Assembly (NCBI GenBank): GCA_965202585.1 | Contig: OZ241827.1 | Location: forward strand, 51,336,001 to 51,400,000 | Direction: 5' to 3' | Source: Thalia democratica | Taxonomy: Eukaryota | DNA length: 64,000 nt | Part shown: positions 14,701 through 29,700 of the stretch, one piece after another | How the letters are laid out: every line of letters starts with the position of its first letter | How positions within the stretch are numbered: the first letter of the stretch is position 1 | Notes under the pieces: model-generated | What the model was told of the DNA's origin: nothing | What the model saw: the letters and a program-made list of their open reading frames with translations, nothing else | Databases searched by the model: none | Position numbers and translations under genes: made by a program

Positions 14701-17700
14701 TGAGACTGTAAGTAAGTTACAAGCAAAAGTTGTTATAAAGTTTCAAAGTAATAAATACTTATTTCACAGTATTTAACCTTAACAATAGTTGTTGGACAGT
14801 CAACTGAACTGTTTGCAATTTGGAAGTTTACGTCACAATAAACCATGTAACAGCCAGACTCTACGATAACCAATCCGATTTTGTCACCTGTTTATTTTTC
14901 ATGGGTTTGTTAAAGTGCTAAAATTCGAGTAAAAAATTAAACCATATTGAACAAACATTGACAACTGATTTTTGAAAAGGATATATTTAACTTTGTTTTG
15001 ACATTTAAACTAAACCTGGTTGGTAAATAAAGTTTTTGTATCTGCAGAACCGATCCCATACAGTAGTTGGTTCCGTCTGTTATAAAATATATTGTTAGAA
15101 AAAAAAATTAAAAGCTTATTGTTAAATGAAAGGTGTGAGTTTAAGTTTTGAAATTCTTTTTTAAACAATATTGATACTTTTTTAGTGTTGAAAATATGTT
15201 GATTAAAAAAAAATCATGTTAATCACGTGACGAAACTTTGTACAATACTGAAACTAACAGTGGTGGTGGTGGTAGTGGGTGGTATGTAACAAGCCCCGGG
15301 TACATCCTTCTTCATGGTGGCGCATTTTCCGTTCACCTTGATCTCGTTATCTCGACACTTGCAAGTTTTACCGCACGCTGGCGCTGCGAAGCACTCGTCC
15401 TGGTTGTCATGACAATCGATCTCGCAAGTGCATTCGTCACTGCAATACTCCAGAGGAGTAGTGAAATCAGGTGTTGTTGTGTCTTCATCGGTTGCTGAAA
15501 ATTATTTGCAAATATCAGCATCAACAAAAAAATATTAGCTGTACACTAAGCTTTGTTTTGAAAAAAAAGTTCAATATTTAAAAAAAATACGGTTAGTTTT
15601 TACTATTCTGTTAAAATAAATTAGTCTTAAAAGTTATAACAGCGCAAGAAGCTAGGGGTAAGTTAGGTTAATTATATAAATAATTAAAAGCTTTATAAAA
15701 ATTATTTTTATTAAAACTCTATCATTTTTTAAACGTAACTAACTAGTGAAGATGTTAGATACAGTGGATACAATGGTGGACCAAGTAGAAGGTGCTTCAG
15801 TTTCAGGTGCAGGAGTGGTAGGCTTGTCGACACAGCTGTGCAATTATTAATAATTATATTTACGTACGTCAGAGAATTTTGTTATCAAATTTAACAAAAT
15901 TTTTGTTGTAGGTAGGTCAACAAACTGTTTAGATAACGACAACTTTTTAAAACTCGTATACTATTTATTAAAAATCTGAGACATGGATAAACGTAAACAG
16001 ATAAGTAAATTTTGTTAGTTTTTATAAAACTTCATATTATATTCTACCTGCAGCAGTCGTTCGAGTCGGTTTTGAGAGTTTTTCCGATTGACTCGCAGTG
16101 AGCTTCAGTGAGATTGCAGAAGGGGAGGCACTGCTCGAAGAGACCGTCATTGTAATCGCACTCGCAGACCTTGCAGCCCCTGTGGAACATGTCACCCGGC
16201 TGTAAGTTAAACATAAAGTTAAGACCACATTTCAAACACAGATTTTGAGTAGCTATTACAGTCGTAGCACTCTAAGGAGTTCATTTACTCAGGACTTCAA
16301 GGTAGACTATCTTGTTTTCTTATTCAAAAGCTTAGCTTGAGTACATTAAAAACACAAAATCCAAAACGGTTGTAATTGTTTTATATAAACTTAAGTGAAA
16401 ATTTAAAGTTTTTAAAAAACTAATATTGATAAAAACATACTTGGTATTGCACGTCATCGGACACGCAAACGTCATCGCACTCCTCGTCGACCCGGATGCA
16501 CATCCCTGTCTGCCACAAGTCGTCCATATTTGATCCTTGCGGGCATCCGCAGTCAGCCATGACGCATTCCATGTTCATCTGGAATGGGATACCGGGCAAT
16601 CCGAGGCGGAGGTTGTTCTGATTAGATAAAATGTTTAAATTAACAAAAAGTTTACAAACTGTTTTAACATGTTATGGGTATACTAAATTGCAATGTAGTT
16701 GTATAACATTTTCAGTTTAATGTTAAAATTGTACTGTTTTGAAAATTGTGGGGGTTCAAGCGGCTTAAGTAAGCGGCTTCTAGTACTTAACGTTATAAAA
16801 ATTACTACCTTTAAAAACTTTTAATTATTGTTTACAACCTAAATTCACACTTTGATCAGTAATGTAAGAAAATATACAATTTTTTTAAAGTCAACAACTA
16901 ACGATGTCATCGCAAGTGACAGTAACGACGCATTCCTGTGGGCAAGGCGTCTTTGTTGTTGCCGGTGTTGTGGTCGTTTTCAACGTTGTCGTTGTCGGAA
17001 TTGGCTCGCAGTGGCAGCAAGTCACTCCGTCGTCGACCAATCTCATGTTTTTCTAATTAAGATGTTACGTTTTTATTTAAAAAAAAAAGCTGTCAATAAA
17101 TTAACTTGGTTATTTTTAATTATAAATTTACCGAAACAGGTAAAAGTGAAACTTTTACTATCGAAGTTAACTTAACGTTCTGCAATTTGATAGTTTTAAA
17201 AATCGTTCTTATATATGAAAATTTTACCGATAAACGAATTTTTCAAACATTCAAACCAAACAATCAACTAACAGCTTTGCAATCAGAGGGGGATATGTTG
17301 CAACTGGGGTAGCAGTTCATCTGCATTTCTCCCTCCATTGTCTCGTAGCACATGCACTCCTCGCAGTCTCCCTCCCTGATGGTGGCTCCCACCTGGTACT
17401 CCTGTCCCTTGTACATGCATCCCTGGCAATTAGTAGGCATTCTCGTGCACATTTCAGGGTACAAATCTGTGATATGGTGAGATTTGATTGAAACTAGTTC
17501 GTTTGTAACAGTTTTATATATGGAACAAAAGTTAGCCTATTAGGTATTGGGGGTTTAGGTTTATAAGAAAACTTGGTTGAGTTTATACTAGCTGTATCAA
17601 ACAATCTTCCGATGGAAAAAATATACTAAACCATTTTTTTAGATTTTCGAACACTCAATACGAGTCACAAATTATAAATCGACAATGCAGTGTGAAAAAA

Positions 17701-20700
17701 TAATAACTTGTGTTAACTTAGAAAATAAATAAACCTTTAGAGGTTCCTGCGGGACATTCGCACGAATCGCACACAAACGGGTTGAAGTCCACGTCCAAGT
17801 TCATGGGGAACATGTCCATGGGGCTGAAGTTCCTCATCTCGAAGCATGTCATGTTGTAAGTGCAAGATGACGGACACACTGCATTGAAAACACAGGCGTG
17901 AACGAATGTTAATAATTGGTAAATTCGTGCTACTTTTTACAGAAAAAAACCTTATCAAACACAGAATTGTGTTTTTTAAGATTAATTATTTTTCAAGCAT
18001 TTCGAAGTGTTACCGGTGTCTAAGTTTGTTTCTTCAAACTAACTTATTAATATTTTCAAAAACATTTAAATCATAAGTTACCGTTTGAAGCAGTTGTAGT
18101 TTCTGTTCTGATTGTGGTTGTTATATCTTCTTTTGTGGTGCTGATAATCTTGGGAGATGTTGTTCTCGGTGCTGTTGTTTGTGTTGTTGTGGTTGTCACC
18201 TCGCACATTTTCTGCGGAGGTCTTATGATGCAACGCCAGTTGAATCGATCGTATTCATTGACTAAAGCGTTCGGGCACTGACACCTAAGATAACACTTTT
18301 ATTCAGTTGTGCTTATATTGAATTTAAGCTAATTAAATTAAAACAAATGCATTAAACTAAAATACAGTAAAAATAATACGAAAAAAACAATATACATAGT
18401 TTTTTTACATGGGTCCATTAATTTTGGTACTTTTGAAAAAACAAATTACAAATGATATAATTTAAACAATACTATAATACAAAACTTATAAAAAATCAAA
18501 ATACACGCCATAAAGTTCTAAACAGATTCCGAATCAGGTAAAAATTTTAAGCTTAAAAATCTAAAATTCGTCCCCAAAAACAACGCATGTGTCTTTTTTT
18601 TACTTTAAAACGATTAAGAAGCTATTTAAAATCTTAAAAAAAAGAGAAAAGTTTTTAACGAATAGTTATTTAGTTTCATTAACACAATAAACTTACTCAG
18701 CTGTACACTCTGGAAGCTTGGAACACTTCGCGAGGTTACCGTCGCAACCGATGACGCAGAAACAGTGTTGCGGGCATTCATTGATAGGTGACGTTGTAGT
18801 GACGTCAGATGGTGATGTTGACGTTATGACGTCATCTGTGGTTGTGTTTGTAACCTGCTTAGGTTCAACTGTTGTCTGCTAAAACAAATTAAAGGTAGTA
18901 ACTTATTCTAGATAATAAACTAAATCAGTTGATTTTAGAAACTAACGATTACTGTTGTTGTGTTCACCGTTGGTATAGAAGTGATATCAATTGGTGTAGT
19001 AGTCTGTAAAAAACAAGAAAAAAGTTATGATAAAGTAACAATAAACTTGTCGCAACTGTCAAAAAAAGCTATAAACAAACTAACTTCAGTTTCACACTCA
19101 ACTTGTTTTTTAGAAATTTTGCTGTCAGAATCACAAAAAACAACGTAGCATGTTTCCTTGAATACAACTTTTCCTACTTCCTGACCTTAAATTTATAGTC
19201 GTGAATGTAAAAGAATAAAAAGCTAAGACTTCAATTAATGATTATCATAAAAGAATTTATACCTGGCATGTATTGGAAGTTGTTGTATTGACAATATTTA
19301 GTTGGCTCAGTTGTTTCTACAAATGGAGTAGAAGTTGATGATGCTGTAGTTGGGCAGTTAACTGTCTTGTTTGCAATATTGCTATCAAGATCGCAGTACA
19401 CAAGTACACATCCAGACTCAACAACAACAATTCCAATGACATCACCTGTAATTCGAAAAAATTGATTGTTTGTCAGTTTTATATTTTGGTGATGATTCTT
19501 ATTTCTTAAAATAAAATTACCTTGTGCATAAACGAAGTTCTTCCATTCACAAACGCTTGGTGTTACTTGTCTTGGTGTAACTGTGACAACTTCTTCAGTA
19601 GTTGTAGTTCCAGTTGTAGTTACGACCTCTTCAGAAGTAACCTTATAAAGATTAAAATATTTACTTATAAGGTATTTTCGACAAGCAAATTTAAAATAAA
19701 GTTAAGAAAAACTATAAATAAAAACATTATTTAAACAGCTTGAATTTTGTGCTCTAAAATGTAGTCTATTTTAAGTAAATAAAACATAATTGTTTAGTTT
19801 GTGAAGTTAGAATCGAATAAATATATATTTTTTTATTAATGTTTATAATCTATACCTCAGGTGTAAGTGTAGTAGTTGTGCATTCAACAGTTTTGTTAAC
19901 TACTTCGCTGTTTTCATCACAATATACCATGAAACAAGTTCCGTCTGAGTTGACAGTTCCGATAATTTGTCCTGAAAAGTTTTTTGTTTATAAAATAAAA
20001 CTATAAAATATAAAGACTATAATTTAAGAAAAAAAATATTACCTGGAGTAAACTGTAAGTGATTCCATTCGCAATGTTTTTCAACAATTTCAGTTGTTGT
20101 AACCACGAATGGTGTTGTTGTATCAACGTTATCGTCAGGTGTTGTAGTGAAAATATCAGTAACTGGGTTTGTGTCCTAGTTTTTTTAAATAATTTTTAGT
20201 TAATTTTTAAGCGTAGATATGAAGTAGTTTAATATAAATTAAATTTTCATAGAGTTTAAAGTTTAACTGACTGGTCTTGTTGTTGATGAACAATCAACGG
20301 ACTTCTTTTTGATCTCGCTATCCTTGTTGCAATAAACAAGGAAGCAGTCTTCTCTGACGAGAACAATACCGATCATCTGACCTGCTTCATAGACAAACTG
20401 GTTGTAGACACATTGCTTTGGTTTAGTTGTTACAATTGGTGTAGTAGTGTCAATATCTACTGGTCTAGTAGTTTCATCATCTACTGGTGTTGTAAAAGTA
20501 CTTACTGGTGACTCACATTGGATTTCTTTTTTGGAAATTTTGCTGTTAGAATCACAATAAACAAGGTAACATGTTCCCTGGAATACAACTCTTCCTACTT
20601 CTTGACCTAAGATTTTGAACTTGTTAGTAATGCAAGAAACTTATCAAGAATATTAACACCTAATTAAATAAACCTGGCATGTATTGGAAGTTGTTGTATT

Positions 20701-23700
20701 GACAATATTTAGTTGGCTCAGTTGTTTCTACAAATGTAGTAGAAGTTGATGATGCTGTAGTTGGGCAGTTAACTGTCTTGTTTGCAATATTGCTATCAAG
20801 ATCGCAGTATACAAGTACACATCCAGAATCAACAACAACAATTCCAATGACATCACCTGTAATTCAAAAAAATATTGCTTGTTTTTACTATAAAATTAGC
20901 TTATAAGTCTTTTTTTTAATAAAATTACCTGGTGCATAAACGAAGTTCTTCCATTCACAAACGCTTGGTGTTACTTGTCTTGGTGTAACTGTGACAACTT
21001 CTTCAGTAGTTGTAGTTCCAGTTGTAGTTACGACCACTTCAGAAGTAACCTTATAAAGATTAAAATATTTACTTATAAGGTATTTACGACAAGCAAATTT
21101 AGAATAAAGTTAAGAAAAACTATAAATAAAAACCTTATTTAAACAGCTTGAATTTTGTGCTCTAAAATGTAGTCTAGTTTAAGTAAATAAAACATAATTG
21201 TTCAAATTGTGGAGTTAGACTCGAATAAATATATATTTTTTTATAAATGTTTATAATAAATACCTCAGATGTAAGTGTAGTAGTTGTGCATTCAACAGTT
21301 TTGTTAACTACTTCGCTGTTTTCATCACAATATACCATGAAACAAGTTCCGTCTGAGTTGACAGTTCCGATAATTTGTCCTGAAAAGTTGTTTTTTTTAT
21401 AAAAAAAAACTATAAAATAAAAAGACTATCATTTAAGAAAAAAATATTACCTGGAGTAAACTGTAAGTGATTCCATTCGCAATGTTTTTCAACAATTTCA
21501 GTTGTTGTAACAACGAATGGTGTTGTTGTATCAACGTTATCGTCAGGTGATGTAGTGAAAATATCAGTAACTGGGTTTGTGTCCTTTATTTTTTAAATAA
21601 TTTTTAGCTATTTATCGAGCAGAGGTATGAAATAGTTTCATACAAATTAAACTTTCATTGAGTTTAAAGTTCAACTCACCGGTCTTGTTGTTGATGGACA
21701 ATCAACGGACTTCTTTTTGATCTCGCTATCCTTGTTGCAATAAACAAGGAAGCAGTCTTCTCTGACGAGAACAATACCGATCATCTGACCTGCTTCATAG
21801 ACAAACTGGTTGTAGAAACATTGCTTTGGTTTAGTAGTTACAATTGGTGTAGTAGTGTCAATATCTACTGGTCTAGTAGTTTCATCATCTACTTGTGTTG
21901 TTGTTGTACTTACTGGTGATTCACATTGGATTTCTTTTTTGGAAATTTTGCTGTTAGAATCACAATAAACAAGGTAACATGTTCCCTGGAATACAACTCT
22001 TCCTACTTCTTGACCTAAGATTTTCAACTTGTAAGTAATGCAAGAAACTTATCAAGAATATTGAGACATAACTAAATAAACCTGGCATGTACTGGAAGTT
22101 GTTGTATTGACAATATTTAGTTGGCTCAGTTGTTTCTACAAATGGAGTAGAAGTTGATGATGCTGTAGTTGGGCAGTTAACCGTCTTGTTTGCAATATTG
22201 CTATCAAGATCGCAGTATACAAGTACACATCCAGACTCAACAACAACAATTCCAATGACATCACCTGTAATTCGAAAAATAGATTATTTGTCAGTTTAAT
22301 ATTTTGCTTGGGATTCTTGTTTCTTAAAATAAAATTACCTGGTGCATAAACGAAGTTCTTCCATTCACACACGCTCGGTGTTACTTGTCTTGGTGTAACT
22401 GTGACAACTTCTTCAGTAGTTGTAGTTCCAGTTGTAGTTACGACCTCTTCAGAAGTAACCTTTTAAAGATTAAAATATTTACTTATAAGGTATTTACGAC
22501 AAGCAAATTTAGAATAAAGTTAAGAAAAACTATAAATAAAAACATTATTTGAACAGCTTGAATTTTGTGCTCTATAATGTAGTCTAGTTTAAGTAAATAA
22601 AACATAATTGTTCAAATTGTGGAGTTAGACTCGAATAAATATATATTTTTTTATAAATGTTTATAATAAATACCTCAGGTGTAAGTGTAGTAGTTGTGCA
22701 TTCAACAGTTTTGTTAACTACTTCGCTGTTTTCATCACAATATACCATGAAACAAGTTCCGTCTGAGTAGACAGTTCCGATAATTTGTCCTGAAAAGTTG
22801 TTTGTTTATAAAATAAAACTATAAAATATAAAAACTATGATTTAAGAAAAAAAATATTACCCGGAGTAAACTGTAAGTGATTCCATTCGCAATGTTTTTC
22901 AACAATTTCAGTTGTTGTAACAACGAATGGTGTTGTTGTATCAACGTTATCGTCAGGTGTTGTAGTGAAAATATCAGTAACTGGGTTTGTGTCCTAGTTT
23001 TTTTAAATAATTTTTAGTTAATTTTCAAGCGTAGATATGAAACAGTTTAATATAAATTTAATTTTCATAGAGTTTAAAGTTTAACTGACTGGTCTTGTTG
23101 TTGATGGACAATCAACGGACTTCTTTTTGATCTCGCTATCCTTGTTGCAATAAACAAGGAAGCAGTCTTCTCTGACGAGAACAATACCGATCATCTGACC
23201 TGCTTCATAGACAAACTGGTTGTAGACACATTGCTTTGGTTTAGTTGTTACAATCGGTGTAGTAGTGTCAATATCTACTGGTCTACTAGTTTCATCATCT
23301 ACTGGTGTTGTAATAGTACTTACTGGTGATTCACATTGGATTTCTTTTTTGGAAATTTTGCTGTTAGAATCACAATAAACAAGGTAACATGTTCCCTGGA
23401 ATACAACTCTTCCTACTTCTTGACCTAAGATTTTGAACTTGTTAGTAATGTAAGAAACTTATCAAGAATGTTAACACCTAATTAAATAAACCTGGCATGT
23501 ATTGGAAGTTGTTGTATTGACAATATTTAGTTGGCTCAGTTGTTTCTACAAATGGAGTAGAAGTTGATGATGCTGTAGTTGGGCAGTTAACTGTCTTGTT
23601 TGCAATATTGCTATCAAGATCGCAGTATACCAGTACACATCCAGAATCAACAACAACAATTCCAATGACATCACCTGTAATTCGAAAAAATAGATTGTTT

Positions 23701-26700
23701 GTCAGTTTAATATTTTGCTGGGGATTCTTGTTTTTAAAATTAAAATTACCTGGTGCATAAACGAAGTTCTTCCATTCACAAACGCTTGGTGTTACTTGTC
23801 TTGGTGTAACTGTATCTACTTCTTCAGTAGTTGTAGTTCCAGTTGTAGTTACGACTTCTTCAGAAGTAACCTTTTAAAGATTAAAATATTTACTTATAAG
23901 GTATTTACGACAAGCAAATTTAGAATAAAGTTAAGAAAAACTATAAATAAAAACATTATTTGAACAGCTTGAATTTTGTGCTCTAAAATGTAGTCTAGTT
24001 TAAGTAAATAATTCATAATTGTTTAATTTGTGAAGTTAGACTCGAATAAATATATATTTTTTTATTAATGTTTATAATCTATACCTCAGGTGTAAGTGTA
24101 GTAGTTGTGCATTCAACAGTTTTGTTAACTACTTCGCTATTTTCATCACAATATACCATGAAACAAGTTCCGTCTGAGTTGACAGTTCCGATAATTTGCC
24201 CTGAAAACAAATTATTTAAATTAAATAAAACTAAAAAACATAAAAAACTACCATTTCTGAACAAAAATATTACCTTGAGTAAACTGTAAGTGATTCCATT
24301 CGCAATGTTTTTCAACAATTTCAGTTGTTGTAACAACGAATGGTGTTGTTGTATCGACGTTATCGTCAGGTGTTGTAGTGAAAATATCAGTAACTGGGTT
24401 TGTGTCCTTTATTTTTAAATAATTTTTAGTTAATTTTCAAGCGTAGATATATAATAGTTTAATATAAATAAAATTTTTATAGAGTTTAAAGTTTAACTGA
24501 CTGGTCTTGTTGTTGATGGACAATCAACGGACTTCTTTTTGATCTCGCTATCCTTGTTGCAATAAACAAGGAAGCAGTCTTCTCTGACGAGAACAATACC
24601 GATCATCTGACCTGCTTCATAGACAAACTGATTGTAGACACATTGCTTTGGTTTAGTTGTTACAATCGGTGTAGTAGTGTCAATATCTACTGGTCTAGTA
24701 GTTTCATCATCTACTGGTGTTGTAAAAGTACTTACTGGTGACTCACATTGGATTTCTTTTTTGGAAATTTTGCTGTTAGAATCACAATAAACAAGGTAAC
24801 ATGTTCCCTGGAATACAACTCTTCCTACTTCTTGACCTAAGATTTTGAACTTGTTAGTAATGCAAGAAACTTATCAAGAATATTGAGACGTAATCAAATA
24901 AACCTGGCATGTATTGGAAGTTGTTGTATTGACAATATTTAGTTGGCTCAGTTGTTTCTACAAATGGAGTAGAAGTTGATGATGCTGTAGTTGGGCAGTT
25001 AACTGTCTTGTTTGCAATATTGCTATCAAGATCGCAGTATACAAGTACACATCCAGACTCAACAACAACAATTCCAATGACATCACCTGTAATTCGAAAA
25101 ATAGATTATTTGTCAGTTTAATATTTTGCTTTGGATTCTTGTTTCTTAAAATAAAATTACCTGGTGCATAAACGAAGTTCTTCCATTCACACACGCTCGG
25201 TGTTACTTGTCTTGGTGTAACTGTGACAACTTCTTCAGTAGTTGTAGTTCCAGTTGTAGTTACGACCTCTTCAGAAGTAACCTTTTAAAGATTAAAATAT
25301 TTACTTATAAGGTATTTACGACAAGCAAATTTAGAATAAAGTTAAGAAAAACTATAAATAAAAACATTATTTGAACAGCTTGAATTTTGTGCTCTATAAT
25401 GTAGTCTAGTTTAAGTAAATAAATCATAATTGTTTAATTTGTGAAGTTAGACTCGAATAAATATATATTTTTTTATAAATGTTTATAATCTATACCTCAG
25501 GTGTAAGTGTAGTAGTTGTGCATTCAACAGTTTTGTTAACTACTTCGCTATTTTCATCACAATATACCATGAAACAAGTTCCGTCTGAGTTGACAGTTCC
25601 GATAATTTGCCCTGAAAACAAATTATTTAAATTAAATAAAACTAAAAAACATAAAAAACTACCTTTTCTGAACAAAAATATTACCTTGAGTAAACTGTAA
25701 GTGATTCCATTCGCAATGTTTTTCAACAATTTCAGTTGTTGTAACAACGATTGGTGTTGTTGTATCAACGTTATCGTCAGGTGTTGTAGTGAAAATATCA
25801 GTAACTGGGTTTGTGTCCTAATTTTTTTAAATAATTTTTGGTTAATTTTCAAGCATAGATATGAAATAGTTTAATATAAATTTAATTTTCATAGAGTTTA
25901 AAGTTTAACTGACTGGTCTTGTTGTTGATGGACAATCAACGGACTTCTTTTTGATCTCGCTATCCTTGTTGCAATAAACAAGGAAGCAGTCTTCTCTGAC
26001 GAGAACAATACCGATCATCTGACCTGCTTCATAGACAAACTGGTTGTAGAAACATTGCTTTGGTTTAGTTGTTACAATTGGTGTAGTAGTGTCAATATCT
26101 ACTGGTCTAGTAGTTTCATCATCTACTGGTGTTGTAAAAGTACTTACTGGTGACTCACATTGGATTTCTTTTTTGGAAATTTTGCTGTTAGAATCACAAT
26201 AAACAAGGTAACATGTTCCCTGGAATACAACTCTTCCTACTTCTTGACCTAAGATTTTGAACTTGTTAGTAATGCAAGAAACTTATCAAGAATATTAACA
26301 CCTAATTAAATAAACCTGGCATGTATTGGAAGTTGTTGTATTGACAATATTTAGTTGGCTCAGTTGTTTCTACAAATGTAGTAGAAGTTGATGATGCTGT
26401 AGTTGGGCAGTTAACTGTCTTGTTTGCAATATTGCTATCAAGATCGCAGTATACAAGTACACATCCAGAATCAACAACAACAATTCCAATGACATCACCT
26501 GTAATTCAAAAAAATATTGCTTGTTTTTACTATAAAATTAGCTTATAAGTCTTTTTTTTAATAAAATTACCTGGTGCATAAACGAAGTTCTTCCATTCAC
26601 AAACGCTTGGTGTTACTTGTCTTGGTGTAACTGTGACAACTTCTTCAGTAGTTGTAGTTCCAGTTGTAGTTACGACCACTTCAGAAGTAACCTTATAAAG

Positions 26701-29700
26701 ATTAAAATATTTACTTATAAGGTATTTACGACAAGCAAATTTAGAATAAAGTTAAGAAAAAATATAAATAAAAACCTTATTTAAACAGCTTGAATTTTGT
26801 GCTCTAAAATGTAGTCTAGTTTAAGTAAATAAAACATAATTGTTCAAATTGTGGAGTTAGACTCGAATAAATATATATTTTTTTATAAATGTTTATAATA
26901 AATACCTCAGGTGTAAGTGTAGTAGTTGTGCATTCAACAGTTTTGTTAACTACTTCGCTGTTTTCATCACAATATACCATGAAACAAGTTCCGTCTGAGT
27001 TGACAGTTCCGATAATTTGTCCTGAAAAGTTGTTTTTTTTATAAAAAAAAACTATAAAATAAAAAGACTATCATTTAAGAAAAAATATTACCTGGAGTAA
27101 ACTGTAAGTGATTCCATTCGCAATGTTTTTCAACAATTTCAGTTGTTGTAACAACGAATGGTGTTGTTGTATCAACGTTATCGTCAGGTGATGTAGTGAA
27201 AATATCAGTAACTGGGTTTGTGTCCTTTATTTTTTAAATAATTTTTAGCTATTTATCGAGCAGAGGTATGAAATAGTTTCATACAAATTAAACTTTCATT
27301 GAGTTTAAAGTTCAACTCACCGGTCTTGTTGTTGATGGACAATCAACGGACTTCTTTTTGATCTCGCTATCCTTGTTGCAATAAACAAGGAAGCAGTCTT
27401 CTCTGACGAGAACAATACCGATCATCTGACCTGCTTCATAGACAAACTGGTTGTAGAAACATTGCTTTGGTTTAGTAGTTACATTTGGTGTAGTAGTGTC
27501 AATATCTACTGGTCTAGTAGTTTCATCATCTACTTGTGTTGTTGTTGTACTTACTGGTGACTCACATTGGATTTCTTTTTTAGAAATTTTGCTGTTAGAA
27601 TCACAATAAACAAGGTAACATGTTCCCTGGAATACAACTCTTCCTACTTCTTGACCTAAGATTTTCAACTTGTAAGTAATGCAAGAAACTTATCAAGAAT
27701 ATTGAGACATAACTAAATAAACCTGGCATGTACTGGAAGTTGTTGTATTGACAATATTTAGTTGGCTCAGTTGTTTCTACAAATGGAGTAGAAGTTGATG
27801 ATGCTGTAGTTGGGCAGTTAACCGTCTTGTTTGCAATATTGCTATCAAGATCGCAGTATACAAGTACACATCCAGACTCAACAACAACAATTCCAATGAC
27901 ATCACCTGTAATTCGAAAAATAGATTATTTGTCAGTTTAATATTTTGCTTGGGATTCTTGTTTCTTAAAATAAAATTACCTGGTGCATAAACGAAGTTCT
28001 TCCATTCACACACGCTCGGTGTTACTTGTCTTGGTGTAACTGTGACAACTTCTTCAGTAGTTGTAGTTCCAGTTGTAGTTACGACCTCTTCAGAAGTAAC
28101 CTTTTAAAGATTAAAATATTTACTTATAAGGTATTTACGACAAGCAAATTTAGAATAAAGTTAAGAAAAACTATAAATAAAAACATTATTTGAACAGCTT
28201 GAATTTTGTGCTCTATAATGTAGTCTAGTTTAAGTAAATAAAACATAATTGTTCAAATTGTGGAGTTAGACTCGAATAAATATATATTTTTTTATAAATG
28301 TTTATAATAAATACCTCAGGTGTAAGTGTAGTAGTTGTGCATTCAACAGTTTTGTTAACTACTTCGCTGTTTTCATCACAATATACCATGAAACAAGTTC
28401 CGTCTGAGTAGACAGTTCCGATAATTTGTCCTGAAAAGTTGTTTGTTTATAAAATAAAACTATAAAATATAAAAACTATGATTTAAGAAAAAAAATATTA
28501 CCCGGAGTAAACTGTAAGTAATTCCATTCGCAATGTTTTTCAACAATTTCAGTTGTTGTAACAACGAATGGTGTTGTTGTATCAACGTTATCGTCAGGTG
28601 TTGTAGTGAAAATATCAGTAACTGGGTTTGTGTCCTAGTTTTTTTAAATAATTTTTAGTTAATTTTCAAGCGTAGATATGAAACAGTTTAATATAAATTA
28701 AATTTTCATAGAGTTTAAAGTTTAACTGACTGGTCTTGTTGTTGATGGACAATCAACGGACTTCTTTTTGATCTCGCTATCCTTGTTGCAATAAACAAGG
28801 AAGCAGTCTTCTCTGACGAGAACAATACCGATCATCTGACCTGCTTCATAGACAAACTGGTTGTAGACACATTGCTTTGGTTTAGTTGTTACAATCGGTG
28901 TAGTAGTGTCAATATCTACTGGTCTACTAGTTTCATCATCTACTGGTGTTGTAATAGTACTTACTGGTGATTCACATTGGATTTCTTTTTTGGAAATTTT
29001 GCTGTTAGAATCACAATAAACAAGGTAACATGTTCCCTGGAATACAACTCTTCCTACTTCTTGACCTAAGATTTTGAACTTGTTAGTAATGTAAGAAACT
29101 TATCAAGAATGTTAACACCTAATTAAATAAACCTGGCATGTATTGGAAGTTGTTGTATTGACAATATTTAGTTGGCTCAGTTGTTTCTACAAATGGAGTA
29201 GAAGTTGATGATGCTGTAGTTGGGCAGTTAACTGTCTTGTTTGCAATATTGCTATCAAGATCGCAGTATACCAGTACACATCCAGAATCAACAACAACAA
29301 TTCCAATGACATCACCTGTAAATCGAAAAAATAGATTGTTTGTCAGTTTAATATTTTGCTGGGGATTCTTGTTTTTAAAATTAAAATTACCTGGTGCATA
29401 AACGAAGTTCTTCCATTCACAAACGCTTGGTGTTACTTGTCTTGGTGTAACTGTATCTACTTCTTCAGTAGTTGTAGTTCCAGTTGTAGTTACGACTTCT
29501 TCAGAAGTAACCTTTTAAAGATTAAAATATTTACTTATAAGGTATTTACGACAAGCAAATTTAGAATAAAGTTAAGAAAAACTATAAATAAAAACATTAT
29601 TTGAACAGCTTGAATTTTGTGCTCTAAAATGTAGTCTAGTTTAAGTAAATAATTCATAATTGTTTAATTTGTGAAGTTAGACTCGAATAAATATATATTT

